Assembly: GCA_028534125.1 (NCBI GenBank)
Contig: CM052816.1
Span: 77,254,001 to 77,318,000, forward strand
DNA: 64,000 nucleotides
Origin: Lama glama
Lineage: Eukaryota
Direction: 5' to 3'
The notes under the pieces: model-generated
Told to the model about the DNA's origin: nothing
Databases searched by the model: none
Seen by the model: only the letters and a program-made list of their open reading frames with translations
Part shown: one piece after another, positions 40,040 to 52,562 of the stretch
Numbering within the stretch: the stretch's first letter is position 1
Layout: the number at the start of each line of letters is the position of its first letter
Program-made: the position numbers and the translations under genes

Positions 40040-41293
40040 AAAGGAGAGACTAAACATTGGCATGCTGCTTCAGCAAGGTTGCTGATGTCCACTCGACATG
40101 TTTGGCCTGGAGACCAGACTTCTGCTTCCACCAAGATGGAGTAACAGGGACCACAATGACTCTCTGTCTTGAAACAACCAAAACCCTAAAAAGTATGTGA
40201 AGCAATGGTGTTCAAGATACTGGATATCAGACAACAAAGGATAGTGATCTGTCTGAGACAGTATAAAAAACTGAGTCCTGTAGTCATTCCAGCTCACTGC
40301 TTTGAGATAATTTACAGGCCGTGGTGCAGGGAAGAGAAATCCAGAGAACACTCTGCATTGAGGTGATAGAGCTGAGACGTGGAGGAGACCAAGGCAGCTG
40401 CAGCTCTCAGAGCAGATCACTAGAGAGGAGGGAGAGACCCACAGAGAGAAAACCCCAGCAAGGATGCTCCCTTTAGTAAGTGTTCAGCTGATAAGTTCAG
40501 GCACGTGAGGAACTACTGGAGGCCAGAGGAAGAACCACCCAGGAGGGTAAGAGGGGACAATGTTCAGCTCCCATATAAGGCCAGAAATAACACTTATTCT
40601 TACATTTTAGACTGAACATCATCACGATTTATGGGAAACAGAGTGACATGCACAGATGAGTCTTGCCTCAGTATTAGGGAGGAATTAGCCTTAATTATTG
40701 AACACTGAACACTGCTCTGTTACCACCTAACAAATCTTAAAAACATATCCAAAAGGATCAAACTCTTTTCAAGTAGCTTAACTCTGTCACCAAACAAGCT
40801 AAAAATGTTTATAGAAATACAAAAATTCCAGGATCCAACCAGGTAAAATTCACAATGTGTAGTATGTAATAAAAAAGTACCAAGAAGTGGGAAACCATGA
40901 GGAGAAAAAGCAGCCAATCAGAACTGACCCAGAATTGACACAGATGTTAGAATTAGCAGCAAAGGACATGAAAACTGTTAACAGAACTCTATTCTCTATG
41001 TTTGAAAAGTTAGGTAGAGATATAGAAGATATAATAAAGACCCAAATTGAATCTTTAAAGATGAAAAGTGCAATGTCCAAGATGAAAAATGCACTGGATT
41101 GCATTAATGGCTGATTGGACATCTTAGAAGAAGAGATTTGTAAACATGAAGACAGAGCAAGAGAAGTGATCCAAAATGAAGTACAGAGAGAAAAGTGAAT
41201 TAAAAAACAAACAAAACAGAACATCACTGAGCTGCGACAACTTCAAGTGGCCTAATAAATGTGTAATTGGGATTCCCAAAGGAGAAGTGGGAA

Positions 41294-41795
41294 TAGTAGG
41301 CAGCCTCTAGGATGGCCCCCAGTGATCCTTGCCTCCTGACATTCTTGATCTTCTTTAATCCCTACCTATTGAGTGTGGGGTCAATTTATTGACTCACTTC
41401 TTACAAAGGAAATATGGCAGAAGTGATGGGATATGAATTACAAACTTAGATTACAAGAAGATTCTGGATTCTATCTTGGAAGTTCTCTCTCTCACTCTCT
41501 TAGATGTCTTTTCTCTGGAGAAGCCAGATGCCACATTATGAGGCAGCCTTGGAGAGAGGCCTGCCTGGCAGGGAACTTAGACTGCTAACAAGCATATGAG
41601 TGAACGTGGAATCAGATCTTCTGACATCTGCCAGAGTCCCTTGACTGCAACTGCATGAGAGCTTCACGGCTAGAGGCATCCAACTAAGCCATCCCTAGAG
41701 TCCTGACCCACGGAAAGCGTAGATAATAAGTGTGTATTGTTTTCAGCTGCAAAATTTTGGAGTTATTTGTTACACAGCAATGAATAACTCATACA
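41294..41795 (+). mobile_element. MaLR LTR (MLT1E/F-like) inserted in L1 ORF1
   Basis: tagtaggcagcctctaggatggccccc...gttacacagcaatgaataactcataca. Confidence 0.8.
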
Positions 41796-42382
41796 GAAAA
41801 AATTTGTAGAAATGATGGCCAAAAAATGCCCAGATTTAATGAAAACTTGTAAACTCACAGATCCAAAAACTCAATGAACTCCCAGCACAAAAATAATGAG
41901 GAAAATCACAGTAAGGCACATTATAATCAAATTACTCTAAACCAGAGACACTGAGAACATCCTAAAAGCAGTCAGTAAAAAACAAAACAAAACAAAACAA
42001 AACCAAACCAAAACCAAAACAAAAAACACCCCCAACAAAAAAAGGATGGCAGCAAATTCTTTAGAAAAAAATGTAAGCAAGAAGTCAGTGGAACAATACC
42101 TTAAAATCCTGAAGCTGTCAAGAGCAAAACTGTCTTTCTAAAACAAAGATGAAATAAAGGCTTTCAGACATAGAAAAGTTGAAAGAATACATCACCAGCA
42201 GACAGAGCTTCATCACAAAAAGTGTTAACAGAAGTCCTTCAGGCAGAAGGAAAAGGATGCCAGGTGAAAATATCAATCTGCACGAAGGAAAAAAGGGAAC
42301 TGGAACCCTCATACATTGCTCCTGGGCATGCAAAGTAGTACAACCGCTTTGGAAAACAGACTGGCAGTTTCTTCTTCTTCCA

Positions 42383-43200
42383 TTTTTAAAAATTGTATTG
42401 TTTTTCACTTTATTGAGATACAATGGACATATAATTGTGTAAGTTTATGGTGTGGATTTGATACACTTAACATGTTGATTAATATACTTGTACGTTGCAA
42501 AATGTTTATCACCATAGCGTTAGCGAACACATAATTACTAATTCTTTTTTTTTGTGTGATGAGAGCATGTAAGATTTACTCTTATCACAACTTTTCAAGT
42601 ATATAATACAGTATTGTTAACTATAATCACTGTGTTATTCATTAAATTTCCAGAACTTATTCATCTTACAACTGAAAGTTTGTACCTTTGACCAATATCT
42701 CCCTGTTTTCCTTACCTTTCAGCCCCTGGTAACCACCAGCCTACTCTCTGTAGCCATGAGTTCGGCTTTTTCAGATTCCACGTGTAAGTGATCTCATACA
42801 GTGTTTATCTTTCTCTGTCTGACTTATTTCACTTAGCATACTGCCTTCAAGGTCCATCCATGTTGTCATAAATGACGGGACCTCCTTCTTTCTCATGTTT
42901 GAATAAATTCCATTGTGTGTGTGTGTGTATGTGTGTGTGTGCATGTGTATTACCTTCTCTATCCATTCATCCATCAGTGGACATTTAGGTTGTTTCCATA
43001 TCTTGGCCGGTGTGACTAGTGCTGCAGTGAACATGGGAGTGCAGATACCTCTTTGAGATCCTGCTTTCATTTTCTTTGGATATATACCCAAAAGTAGAAT
43101 TGCTGGATCATATGGTAGTTCTATTTTTAATTTTTTGAGGAACTTCCATACTGTTTTCCATAGTGGCTGGACCAGTTTACATTCCTACGAACAGTGCCGA
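42383..43200 (-). mobile_element. L1 (L1MA-like) 3' end inserted antisense in the older L1
   Basis: ORF 42771..43091(-) (GIYPKKMK...CTPMFTAAL...WKQPKCPLMDEWI) is the ORF2p C-terminus. Confidence 0.85.
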
Positions 43201-44608
43201 AGGTATTTATCCAAGAGAAGTGACAGCCTATGTCCGTACGAAGACCTGTACACAATGTTCCTAGCAGCTTTTCTGTAGTAGGCGAAAGTCAGAAACAACT
43301 CAAATACCCATCAGCAGTTGAATGGATGAACACACTGTGGTATATCCATACACTGGAATACTCCTCAGCAATGAAAGAAAATGGATTGTTTATACAGGCA
43401 AAATATGAATGAATTTCTAAATAGTTTTGCTGAGTGCAGAAACCCAGATCAAAAGATGAGTACATACTACTTGATTCCATTTATTTAAAACCATAGAAAA
43501 TGCAAACTAATCGACAGTGACAGAAAGTAGATCAGTAGGTGCTTGTGATGGGAGTTAGGAGACAATGAGAAGGAGCAAGAGGGGAGGGTTGCAAAGGGGC
43601 ACAAGAAAACTTTTGAGTGTGATGCTTATATGTCCATTATCTTGACTTTTAGTGATGGTTTCATGGGTGTTTACATTTGTCGTAACTTATCAAAATTGTA
43701 CACCTGAAACCCGTGCAGTTTACTGTGTGCCATCTTAGTAAAGCTTATACCTCATAAAATTATGCCTCAATGAGGTAGTTAAAAAAAGAAAAGGAGATCA
43801 AACTCAAATGTGGAGAAATAGATTTTCACCTGGAAAGAGAGAAAATCACTGTGAACCAAACTAATATGAATGACAAAATAAATTTTATTCAAGTTGTAAA
43901 TGCTTCTTTTGTCACCTCGAAACTGATGGGAGACCAGGAAGGACAAGGCCATCCCATGTTCATTACATACGTTACATTTGTGGGGTCTTCGAGGTGCTAC
44001 CATCACAATTTGGGTACTGCTGGTGCTAGAAGGCTCTCTCCTTTCCTAGGAAGCTGCCTTTCTTGACTCTTGAGGTGTGGAAATTATGAGGGGAAACATT
44101 AGTCATTAAATTAGATTTTTAGACCAATTCCTGGGCCATGAGCCTGTGCCAGGTACCACATCTGGTTCTTCTAAGAGTTTTAATTAGCATACCCTATGAG
44201 GTGCAATTAAAAGAAAACAGACAAGAGTTTTTAATGAGATTCAAAATCATACTGGATCCACCAGTCTTGGAATGACATTGAGTGTACCGCCACTCCTGGA
44301 GGCAGTTAAGGGGCAGGATAAATGACAGGAGCTCTGCACCTGCTGAGGAAGCAGCACACCACCGGCTTCCCTGAGGTCACGGGAGGAATGATGCTGCCAA
44401 AAGGGCAAGTCACCTAATTCAGGTGGAGTACGATACCCACCTTAGCAGGGAATTATTCCTCTACAGCTGAGGATGGCCCCAGTGTTACCCTGCTAATAGT
44501 ATCTTCCCATAGGTAGTTCAGTGTACATCACTATTCTAAAGTCTTTGTTCCTGGCTCCATGGTGAGAACTTCACTCTTAAAAATTCTTCTCCAATCTTGT
44601 TAGGTAAT

Positions 44609-45440
44609 ATATCAGTTAGGGTTGCATTTGGCTAAATGTGACTTAACTTAGCAGGCGATGGCTTCCTTCTCTCCCATCCACCTCCCCTCCCCCCCCCTCC
44701 TCCTCTTTTTCCTCCTCCTCCTCTTCTTCCTCCTCTTCTTCCTCTTCCTCCCCCTCCCCTCCCCCTCCCCTCCTCTTACTCCTCCTACTCCTCCTACTCC
44801 TCCTTCTTCTTCCTCTTCTTCTTCTTCTTCTTCCTCTTCGTCTTCTCCTTCTTCTTCTTCCTCTTCTTCTTCTTCTTCTTCCTCTTCCTTTTCCTCTCCT
44901 TCTCCTTCTTCTTCTTCTTCTTTTCTCCTCCTCCTTCTTCTTCTCCTTCTTCTTCTTTCTCCTTCCCCCCTTCTTCTCCTTCTCCACCTTCTCCTCCTTC
45001 TCCTTCTTCTCTTTCTTCTCCTTCTCCTCCTCCTCCTTCTCCTTCTCCTTCTTTTCTCATGTCACAAGGAACTCGGGGACAGGCAATCCTGGATATGTGC
45101 AGCTGGTCAAGGAGCAAGGCTTCTTAATCCTACTTGTTCATTCACCTTTCAGATGTGACTTCAGTTCTCAGTGGTGGCTCCATCTCTGGGTACCAGTGCA
45201 CATTCCAGGCAGGAAGAAGGGGGATGTGAAGAGCCAAAGCCTGTACTGGTTGAATCTGTCTCCATCAGGGCAGCACCACCTGATGACATCTGCCTTCATT
45301 CATGTATCAGAACAGCCACCCCCACTTTATCAAGGTCTGGAAAATGAGTGTTCTAATTGGAAATACCACAAAACTGAACAGAATCATGGTTCTGTTTTAA
45401 GGAAGAAAGGGAGCAGAGATACTATGTAGGAAATAGCAGT
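44609..45440 (-). mobile_element. MaLR LTR (MLT1J-like) interrupted by a simple repeat
   Basis: atatcagttagggttgcatttggct start, with MLT1-like sequence resuming after 45058. Confidence 0.5.
44683..45057. repeat. (CCT/CTT)n polypyrimidine tract
   Basis: About 375 bp of almost pure C/T triplet repeats. Confidence 0.95.
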
Positions 45441-47427
45441 GCCTTCAGAGGATGCTATTAATATCCTCATTTTACAGATGAGGAAACTGATGCTGAGAGG
45501 TTAGCAAAGTCAGAGCCTAATGGAGATGAGATTTGAACCAGCTGCCTGGCTCTGGCCTCTGTGCACTTTATCACAACAGCAGAAGCCACCTGCTCTGAGC
45601 ACTGGGCCCCTGCATAACATGAGTAGTGACATGCTACTAAACAGATACGAGAAGAATATTGTAGCTTCCTTTTTTGCAAGATCAATAGATATTGTTCTTC
45701 CAGTGATTTCCTTCCGGTAGGGGCTGTATATGCTAATATGCTAATAAATTGATCCCAGATTTGCTGGAATAAGTACTGGGCTTTGTTTACATGTTGTGCT
45801 ATTTGCTTCAGAGATGCAGAGTCTCCCCTACCTCTGGAATTAGGAACAAGATTTCAGTTGTGTCTTATTCACGAAGCAGGCCAAAACATATCTCAGTTAC
45901 TGACCAGGCTGTAAGAATAACCTAAACTCCTTGTTGAAGACCAGACCTGTGAGTTCACCAAACATGTTATGCCTGCCGTTTATCTACCGATGGGGGGCTG
46001 CTTCCTTACGTAGAACGATCGAATTTGTAGGCTTCCCTGTTACTTTCTTTTAGGAAGATGCTAATGTCCATTTCCTCTCTTCTCAGAAGAGGTACCAGAA
46101 CTGCGATCCTATAAACTCTCCTCTCAGTGGAAGCCCTGAGTTTCACAATTTAGATCAAAGTAAATACCAAACCCGTTTCACCAGTTTCAAGGGCCACAGA
46201 GTTGGCCCAGGCATATTCCAGGCTCGGCTCCAGCTCCTTGTGTTGGTGTGAGGCCCTGTCTCCTTGGTGATAGTCATGTCAGATCCACATGTACTTTACA
46301 AATCACACATGTGTCATCTCTGGGATTCAGGACTGCACAGGTTTTAAAGTTACTCCTTGCTAAAATGTTGTAAAAGCTAAGAACACCTATGTTTGAAGTT
46401 CATGTATAACCACGTGAGTGTATGTTTTCACTCTTTTCTATAAAAGGAATCTTAATGATGCTTTATAAGCGTGTGTAAATAGACAAGCATGAGTGACGAT
46501 AGGAGAGTGTACAGGCTACCGAAGACTGCTGGCAAAATGTTAGAAATCCCAGTTCCTCACTGGATTGTTTTTGCCTCATTTTGTAATGCAGGTGTCCACA
46601 GTGCTCCTGTTAGCTGGACACGTAGCAAATCTCCTTTAACTTGGTATCTACCAAGAGACAACGTTAAATTAATATTTGATTGAGTTTGGTCTTGAATTTG
46701 AGGATTTCCTTTCATCTATTGAAGAGGTCATGTGGCAGGGCGGTACCCTTTGAGCTGAGGAGCTATTTCTTGTCTCCGGTTTGGTTTGTTTGGATATTTT
46801 TGGCAGTGGACACTTGCGTTTGTTTGCATGTTTATAAAGAGTCCTTTATTTCACCCTGTGTGAACTTGACATTTCACTTTTAATATAAATAATTTGCAAA
46901 TAAAGCAGTAGTCATTTAACCCTCTGCCAACCAGAATAGCTAAATACAAAAACCAAAAGTCCAGAAGCTTCCAAAGGTGTCTGCTTTTGTTGGAATGACA
47001 GCCTCCCTGCAGTGGTACAAAGCTAAATAGGTCAAGGAAATGGTAAAGGACAATTGTGTTTTCAGTTCCCTGTTCGCTGCCTCACTTGTCCTTCACAAGA
47101 ATGGTAATCAAGCCATTTTGACATCTTGGCTTTGTTAAGTGAATGGAATAATAGAAGCCCATGTGTTCCTGGTTCTGACCAATACTTGGGCATTGACTTC
47201 TGGTGTCTTTTCTCCCTCCCCTTCAGCACGCACAAAGAGGCTACCTGTGTGTGGTTGTGCAAATAACGTAACCTTTTGGAGACTCTTTTTCATCTGTGGA
47301 ATGTTGGTGGGCTTTCGCTCATAGCATTGTTACAAAAATAAAACAAATTGTGAACGTCCTGCCCTGTGTCTGGAATACGATCCATGCCCAATAAATGTGT
47401 ACAAATCTCTAAGTTTTCCCCCATTCT

Positions 47428-47608
47428 CAGGACTGACTTCATGGACACACGACCTCTGGAGCCAAATAGGGCCCCTGCTTACAATAGCCCCTGCTCTTGG
47501 CTTTATGCTCTGCTGCCATTCATTTGAAATTCTTAATACCTTTTGGACAGGAAGCCCACCCACATTTCCATTTTGCACTGGGTTCTACAGATTATGTATC
47601 CAGTCTGC
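47428..47608 (+). mobile_element. MER91A-like hAT MITE
   Basis: caggactgacttcatgg...tgaaattcttaata...cattttgcactggg...attatgtatccagtctg. Confidence 0.7.
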
Positions 47609-47930
47609 CTGTCCTTTTTGTTCTTCCTCCTCTTTTTCAAACTTGTTGGGTTTGCAGAACCAGATGTTCCCTTGATTGGCAGGGTTGGTATGTTCGTCAG
47701 TTGCCCGCAAGGTGTTCTGGCAGTCACGGTGCTGCCCATGGCTGAAATCTGTTTCCCCAACCTTGACCTCGGCCTCACCTTTCTCCTGCACAGCGTTGTC
47801 ACCATGATTCTGGTTGAGGCACATGCACACAGGTCAGGGAGTAGCTCTGAACAAGAAAGCTTTTCCTAAGGGATCTGCCCATAACTTCTAGCTGACTCAG
47901 CACTGAAGTAGTATCAAAAGGCCCCATCAG

Positions 47931-48157
47931 AATGTAATTTGGTGCAGCTATTATGGAAAACAGTATGGAGATTCCTTAAAAATCTAAAAATAGACATCAT
48001 ATGGTCCAGCAATCCCACTCTAGGCATATACCTGGAGGAAACTAATGTGAAAAGATACCTGCACCCTAATGTTCATAGCAGCACTATTTACAATAGCCAA
48101 GACATAAATGTCTACTGACAGGTGACTGGATAAAGAAGTTGTGGGCAGATTCCTTAG

Positions 48158-48204
<47 letters not shown>

Positions 48205-48686
48205 AGTCATTGGAATACCACTCAGCCATAAAAAAGAATAAAATAATGCCATTTGCAGCAATGTAAATGGACCTGGAGATTGCTATACTAAGTGAAGTAA
48301 GCCAGAAAGAGAAAGAAAAATACCATATGCTATCACTTGTATGCGGAATCTAAAAAATGACACAAATGAACTTATTTACAAAACAGAAACAGACTTACAG
48401 ACACAGAAAACAAACTTGTGGTTACCCGGGAGCGAAAGAGGAGAGAATGGAGGGGTAAATTAGGAGTTCAGGGTTTGCAGATACACACTACTATATATAA
48501 AATAGATAAACAACAAGGTCCTAATGTATAGCACAGGGAACTATATTCAATATCTTGTAATAGCCTATAATGAAAAAGAATATGAAAAGGAATATGTGTA
48601 CATATGTATAACTGAATCACTATGCTGTACACCAGAAATTAACACAACTTTATAAACCAACTATACTTCAATAACAACAACGACAG
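47931..48686 (+). mobile_element. 5'-truncated L1 with an internal (TA)n
   Basis: ORF2 end plus 3' UTR. TSD AAAAG(G/C)CCCCATCAG at 47916-47930 and 48687-48701. Confidence 0.9.
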
Positions 48687-49099
48687 AAAAGCCCCCATCA
48701 GGAACCAAATTATCAAGTCATTGGGGTTTTTTATTTCAGGTTCTGTTCATTAATTGTCCCCACCAGGGGCAGATTTTGTGAGGCCTGAGCTTATGTTTAT
48801 TGGGGGCCCGATCAGGAAAAAAACTACCAAATTACAAATACAAAATTATATCCAGGGCTTGTAAGGGGTGCTCATGCGGGAGCAGAAGCTTGCACTTCCT
48901 TAGTGACTTTCAGGGGCTCTCCCCCACTTCCTGTCCTATGTATCAAGGAGCTTTTTATTTTCTAATTCTTCTGCTTCTGGAAACAGAAAACGGTCAGGGC
49001 ATGGCCAGATGCATTCCCACCATGTTCCTTTCTCCACTCTGGGGATGTAAAACTGATTCAGGGACCTTGAGTCAAGCACACTGTTCTGCTCCCGTGACA

Positions 49100-50020
49100 G
49101 TTGGAATTACTCAGCACAGGGCTCCTTCTCTGTTTAGTTCTCTGACTGACTTAATCTGTTCTATCCTTTGGCACCATGCAATTGCCAGAGGCTTTAGTCC
49201 CCAGCCCTTCCCAAGCTCCGGGCATGTGTGTGAAGTGTCCTCCCTGACACCATCACATGGACTTTCTCTTCCCCTGGCTCTCTCCATATCCATCACAGTC
49301 CTATTGCTTCTTTCTCCAAAAGAAACCTCAAATCCAGGCTTCTTTTTTCTTTTCCTTTTCTTGCATTCCCACAGCCACCAGCCCAGTCACCTCAACTTCC
49401 TATGTGGTCTGCCCAGACCCACGAATGTCCCACTCCAGGCCAGTGTCCATTCAGCATCCAGAGTTATTTGCAAAAACCTGAATGGATTCGCACCATCAAT
49501 GGCTTCTCGTTGAGCTTTACATGAGATTCTATATGGTGGGCCATAAAGCCCTGTGTGGTCTGCCTCCAGCCTCATCCCCATCACCCTCCTCTTTAACCAC
49601 ACAGCTGACTTAGTTCCCCCGACTCACCACTCGCATTTCTGTCTCTGAGCCTTAGCCCATACTGTGCCTGCTGGCCCCGGGGATCTCACCTCTGCTCTCC
49701 GCATGAAGGCCCTTCTGTTCTTTGGGTCTCAGCTGAGATGTCTGAGAAAACATTTCAAGGACCACTTCAAGAGTATAGGTTCACCCCTTTCATTATCACT
49801 GTACTCTTTGTTTCTTTTATAGAAATGAATATTTTTGGAAATTACATGCTGATTTTGTTTTTTGTTCATTCACTTGTTGCTTGTCCATTCTTCCATTAAG
49901 CTTCAAGCTCCATAAGGTTAGGGACCGAGTCTGTTTTTTCTGCGAACGTATGCTACATCCCTTGGATAGTAACCAGAAGAAATAAACACTAAATACATAT
50001 TTGTTAAATAAATGAATTAA
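49100..50020 (+). mobile_element. L2 fragments
   Basis: L2-like body ending aagctccataagg...aaatacatatttgttaaataaatgaat. Confidence 0.6.
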
Positions 50021-52098
50021 TGAGCTACCTCCAAACACTGAACAGACCTTATTGTACATTTATCACAGTGTACCAAGTTTAATTATTCCACGTACTTTTC
50101 CCTGCTTGACTATGAACTACATAGGCAAGTTACAAATAATAGGTTCTCTCTGTATTGCCAGCATTTAACACAATGCTTGAGAAGCACATAGCCTACTAAG
50201 TACTCAATTACTGCATATTTAATTAAATTAGCTACCAAATTATTGATGACCATCAGCTCTCAACTTAGGAACATTCAGTGGAACCCGGAAGAGGTGATCA
50301 TCTCAGCTGTAGGAGCAGATGATAGGGAAAGAATTTTCAGAATTACCCAGAAATAGGAGGAACAGATGTTATTTCCACAGTAGTAAGTTAGGTACTTGAA
50401 AGATACGTGAGATCGAAGATAACACCACGCCACTAACTGACGTGTTAATGCAGTGCGTTACTGCAGTTTATAACAAAGGAAGAAAAGTTTGCATCTTTCC
50501 CTAAACGTATCAGCTCTGTTATCTGTGATATTCATTAGGTTAGGATCTAACTCTACAATCGGTTTCCAATCAACGATCACTGATTTAATGAAATACCAAT
50601 TGGCATTTTGAAATGTTTTTATCTGATGTAACTGTATCTCTCCAACCAAATTATAACCTTATTGATATTAAAACCTTAGAGGTATAATAATATCTATTTC
50701 TTTGATTTTTCCATAACAATGCCCTGTATTTTTTGTATTGAGTGTGCTCAGTAAATGCTTGCTGATTGATATATAACACATTCCCACACTATATGCCAAG
50801 GCAGAAAACCAGGCACCACATGGTTATTTAAAGTTGCCAAACTAGTCATGTGCCTTCTCCTAATTCCTAAACTTGGAAAGGATTGGCATATCACCTGGTG
50901 ACACCATCACTTTACTGATGAGGGAACAGTCTAGAGAAAGTGACTTGCTAAAGTGGTACCATAGCATGAACTCCAGGCTTCTCAGCTTGGGGTCCAATGT
51001 TGCTTCTTCTCTAGAATGCTGACTGTGTGGCTACAGAAGAATAAGAAAAGAAACTGAAATTAGATAGAATTGACTTAAGTTACAGATTATTTAATGAGAT
51101 TCTTGAGCATTGAGAAGTATTTTTATGTTACCGGTTTCATCAGTGAGAGCACAATAATGATCCCAAGGTTAATGCCAGATTAATTTGCCTTGTAAAGACT
51201 CCATTGTTTTGAAATGGGGAGGAAATGTACAGAATGAGACTGGTCATATTTCATAGAGGCAAGGTTTGTGATTTATGATACTATCCCATTGTTTTTCGCA
51301 AGTTGTAATCCATCTCAGAGCTTTAATTTAGGATTATTTTATTTTTCTGCAAGAGGGAAAAGGCGTATTTTCCCCCAAGACAAATAAATAGCTAGCAGAT
51401 AGTGCTTAATTATGAAGATAGCTTTTAAGCTTTGATTTACCCTCTGTTCCTGATTTTGATAAATGTTAAAAATTAGAGTAAGCCCCTGCTTGAGTTACAG
51501 AAAGACTCTGAACAAAGACGCTCAGATAATCTACATTTGCCCAGATGACCAAGGCTGACCACACAATTGAAAGACTTCCCTCCTGCTGTTCCATAGTGTT
51601 AAAGGGCCTGGGGAGAGTCATTTCCCACAGCTCTTTGGGTAGGTCTGTTCTCCCCGCGAGGACCAGGCTCCCAGCCCAGGGGGTTATTAGCTCTGGCTGC
51701 ACATTGGTATTGTCTGGGGGGTTTTAAAAAATATCACTCAGACCCCATCCCAGACCAATTCAGTTTGAATTCTGAGTATCCGTATTCTAAATATGTAAAA
51801 TATTTGAAATGACACGCATGTGTTATGTAGCCTGGGTTGAAAGCCGTTGGTGTGAATGGGTTCTTCTGCCCAGATGGAGTCCCTCTGTCCCAGCCCCTGC
51901 TCAGGAGGGAGAAGAGGCCACGTGGGGAGCGGAGAGGCTAGTTCTCCAAGGTCCCACTTGTTCTCTCCAGTCCTGAGCTGAGAAGTGGGGAAGAGAACAG
52001 CGAGCTCCAGGTATGTCCCTGGAGGACAGACTTTGTTTTGTTTTGGTTTTTTGCCAAAGGCACCAAAAGAGAATAAAGGCGTCCACTCTCTCCTAGAG

Positions 52099-52562
52099 CA
52101 GGGATTGTCGACCTCGGCTCATTGACATCTGAGACTAGACACTTCTTTGCTGTGAGGGGCTGTCCTGGGCGTTGTGGGATGTTTAGAAGCATCCCTTTAC
52201 CCACTAAGTGCCAATAGCACTCCCATCCCCAAGTTGTGACAACCAGAAAAATAGCTCCACACATTGTCAAATGTCTTGGGAAAAGACCATCATTTTATCT
52301 GTGCTTTTTTTATGATATCCTCATAAAGAAAGATCACTCATTATGTTTACCTGACAAAGGGAATTATGGCCTTTGGCAAAACGATGGATCATATAATATA
52401 TATATTTTTGTATATGTACAGTAAACTCTTTGAAACAAACAAAAAACAACTCAGAAACACTTCCCAAAGTTGGTTCACATATCCACCAGCTTTTCCGGGT
52501 TTAGGGAGGAAATGAATTTATTTTTAAAGTAAGGGGGTGCAAAATCACCCCTGGTTGACATA
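52099..52562 (+). mobile_element. MER20 (hAT) split by a ~250 bp insertion
   Basis: MER20 body at 52099-52275 (...gttgtgacaaccagaaaa...cattgtcaaatgtc). Its end (gggggtgcaaaatcacccctggttga) resumes at ~52533. Confidence 0.8.

Larger units (their letters stand above)
40117..43790 (+). mobile_element. Ancient L1 (L1MC/MD-like): 5' end, ORF1 remnant and 3' end, lacking most of ORF2, with nested inserts
   Basis: 5' gacttctgcttccaccaagatggagtaacaggg. ORF 40887..41114 resembles the ORF1p coiled coil. The sequence jumps near 42295 to the ORF2 end, and the 3' UTR spans 43200-43790. Confidence 0.7.

Noticed and set aside
43771..43780. let-7-like TGAGGTAGT
   Set aside because: Only 9 nt match, it lies at an L1 tail, and there is no pre-miRNA hairpin.
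44643..45158. Arg/Glu/Ser/Leu-rich ORFs (protamine-like or acidic)
   Set aside because: These are translations of a simple triplet repeat.
45832..45908. Minus-strand exon candidate (TTCTTACAG| ... GAG|GTAGGG)
   Set aside because: Weak donor, stops in all frames and no supporting neighbours.
48800..49513. 237-aa ORF
   Set aside because: It overlaps decayed MITE/L2 sequence, starts at a non-ATG codon and has no recognisable domain.
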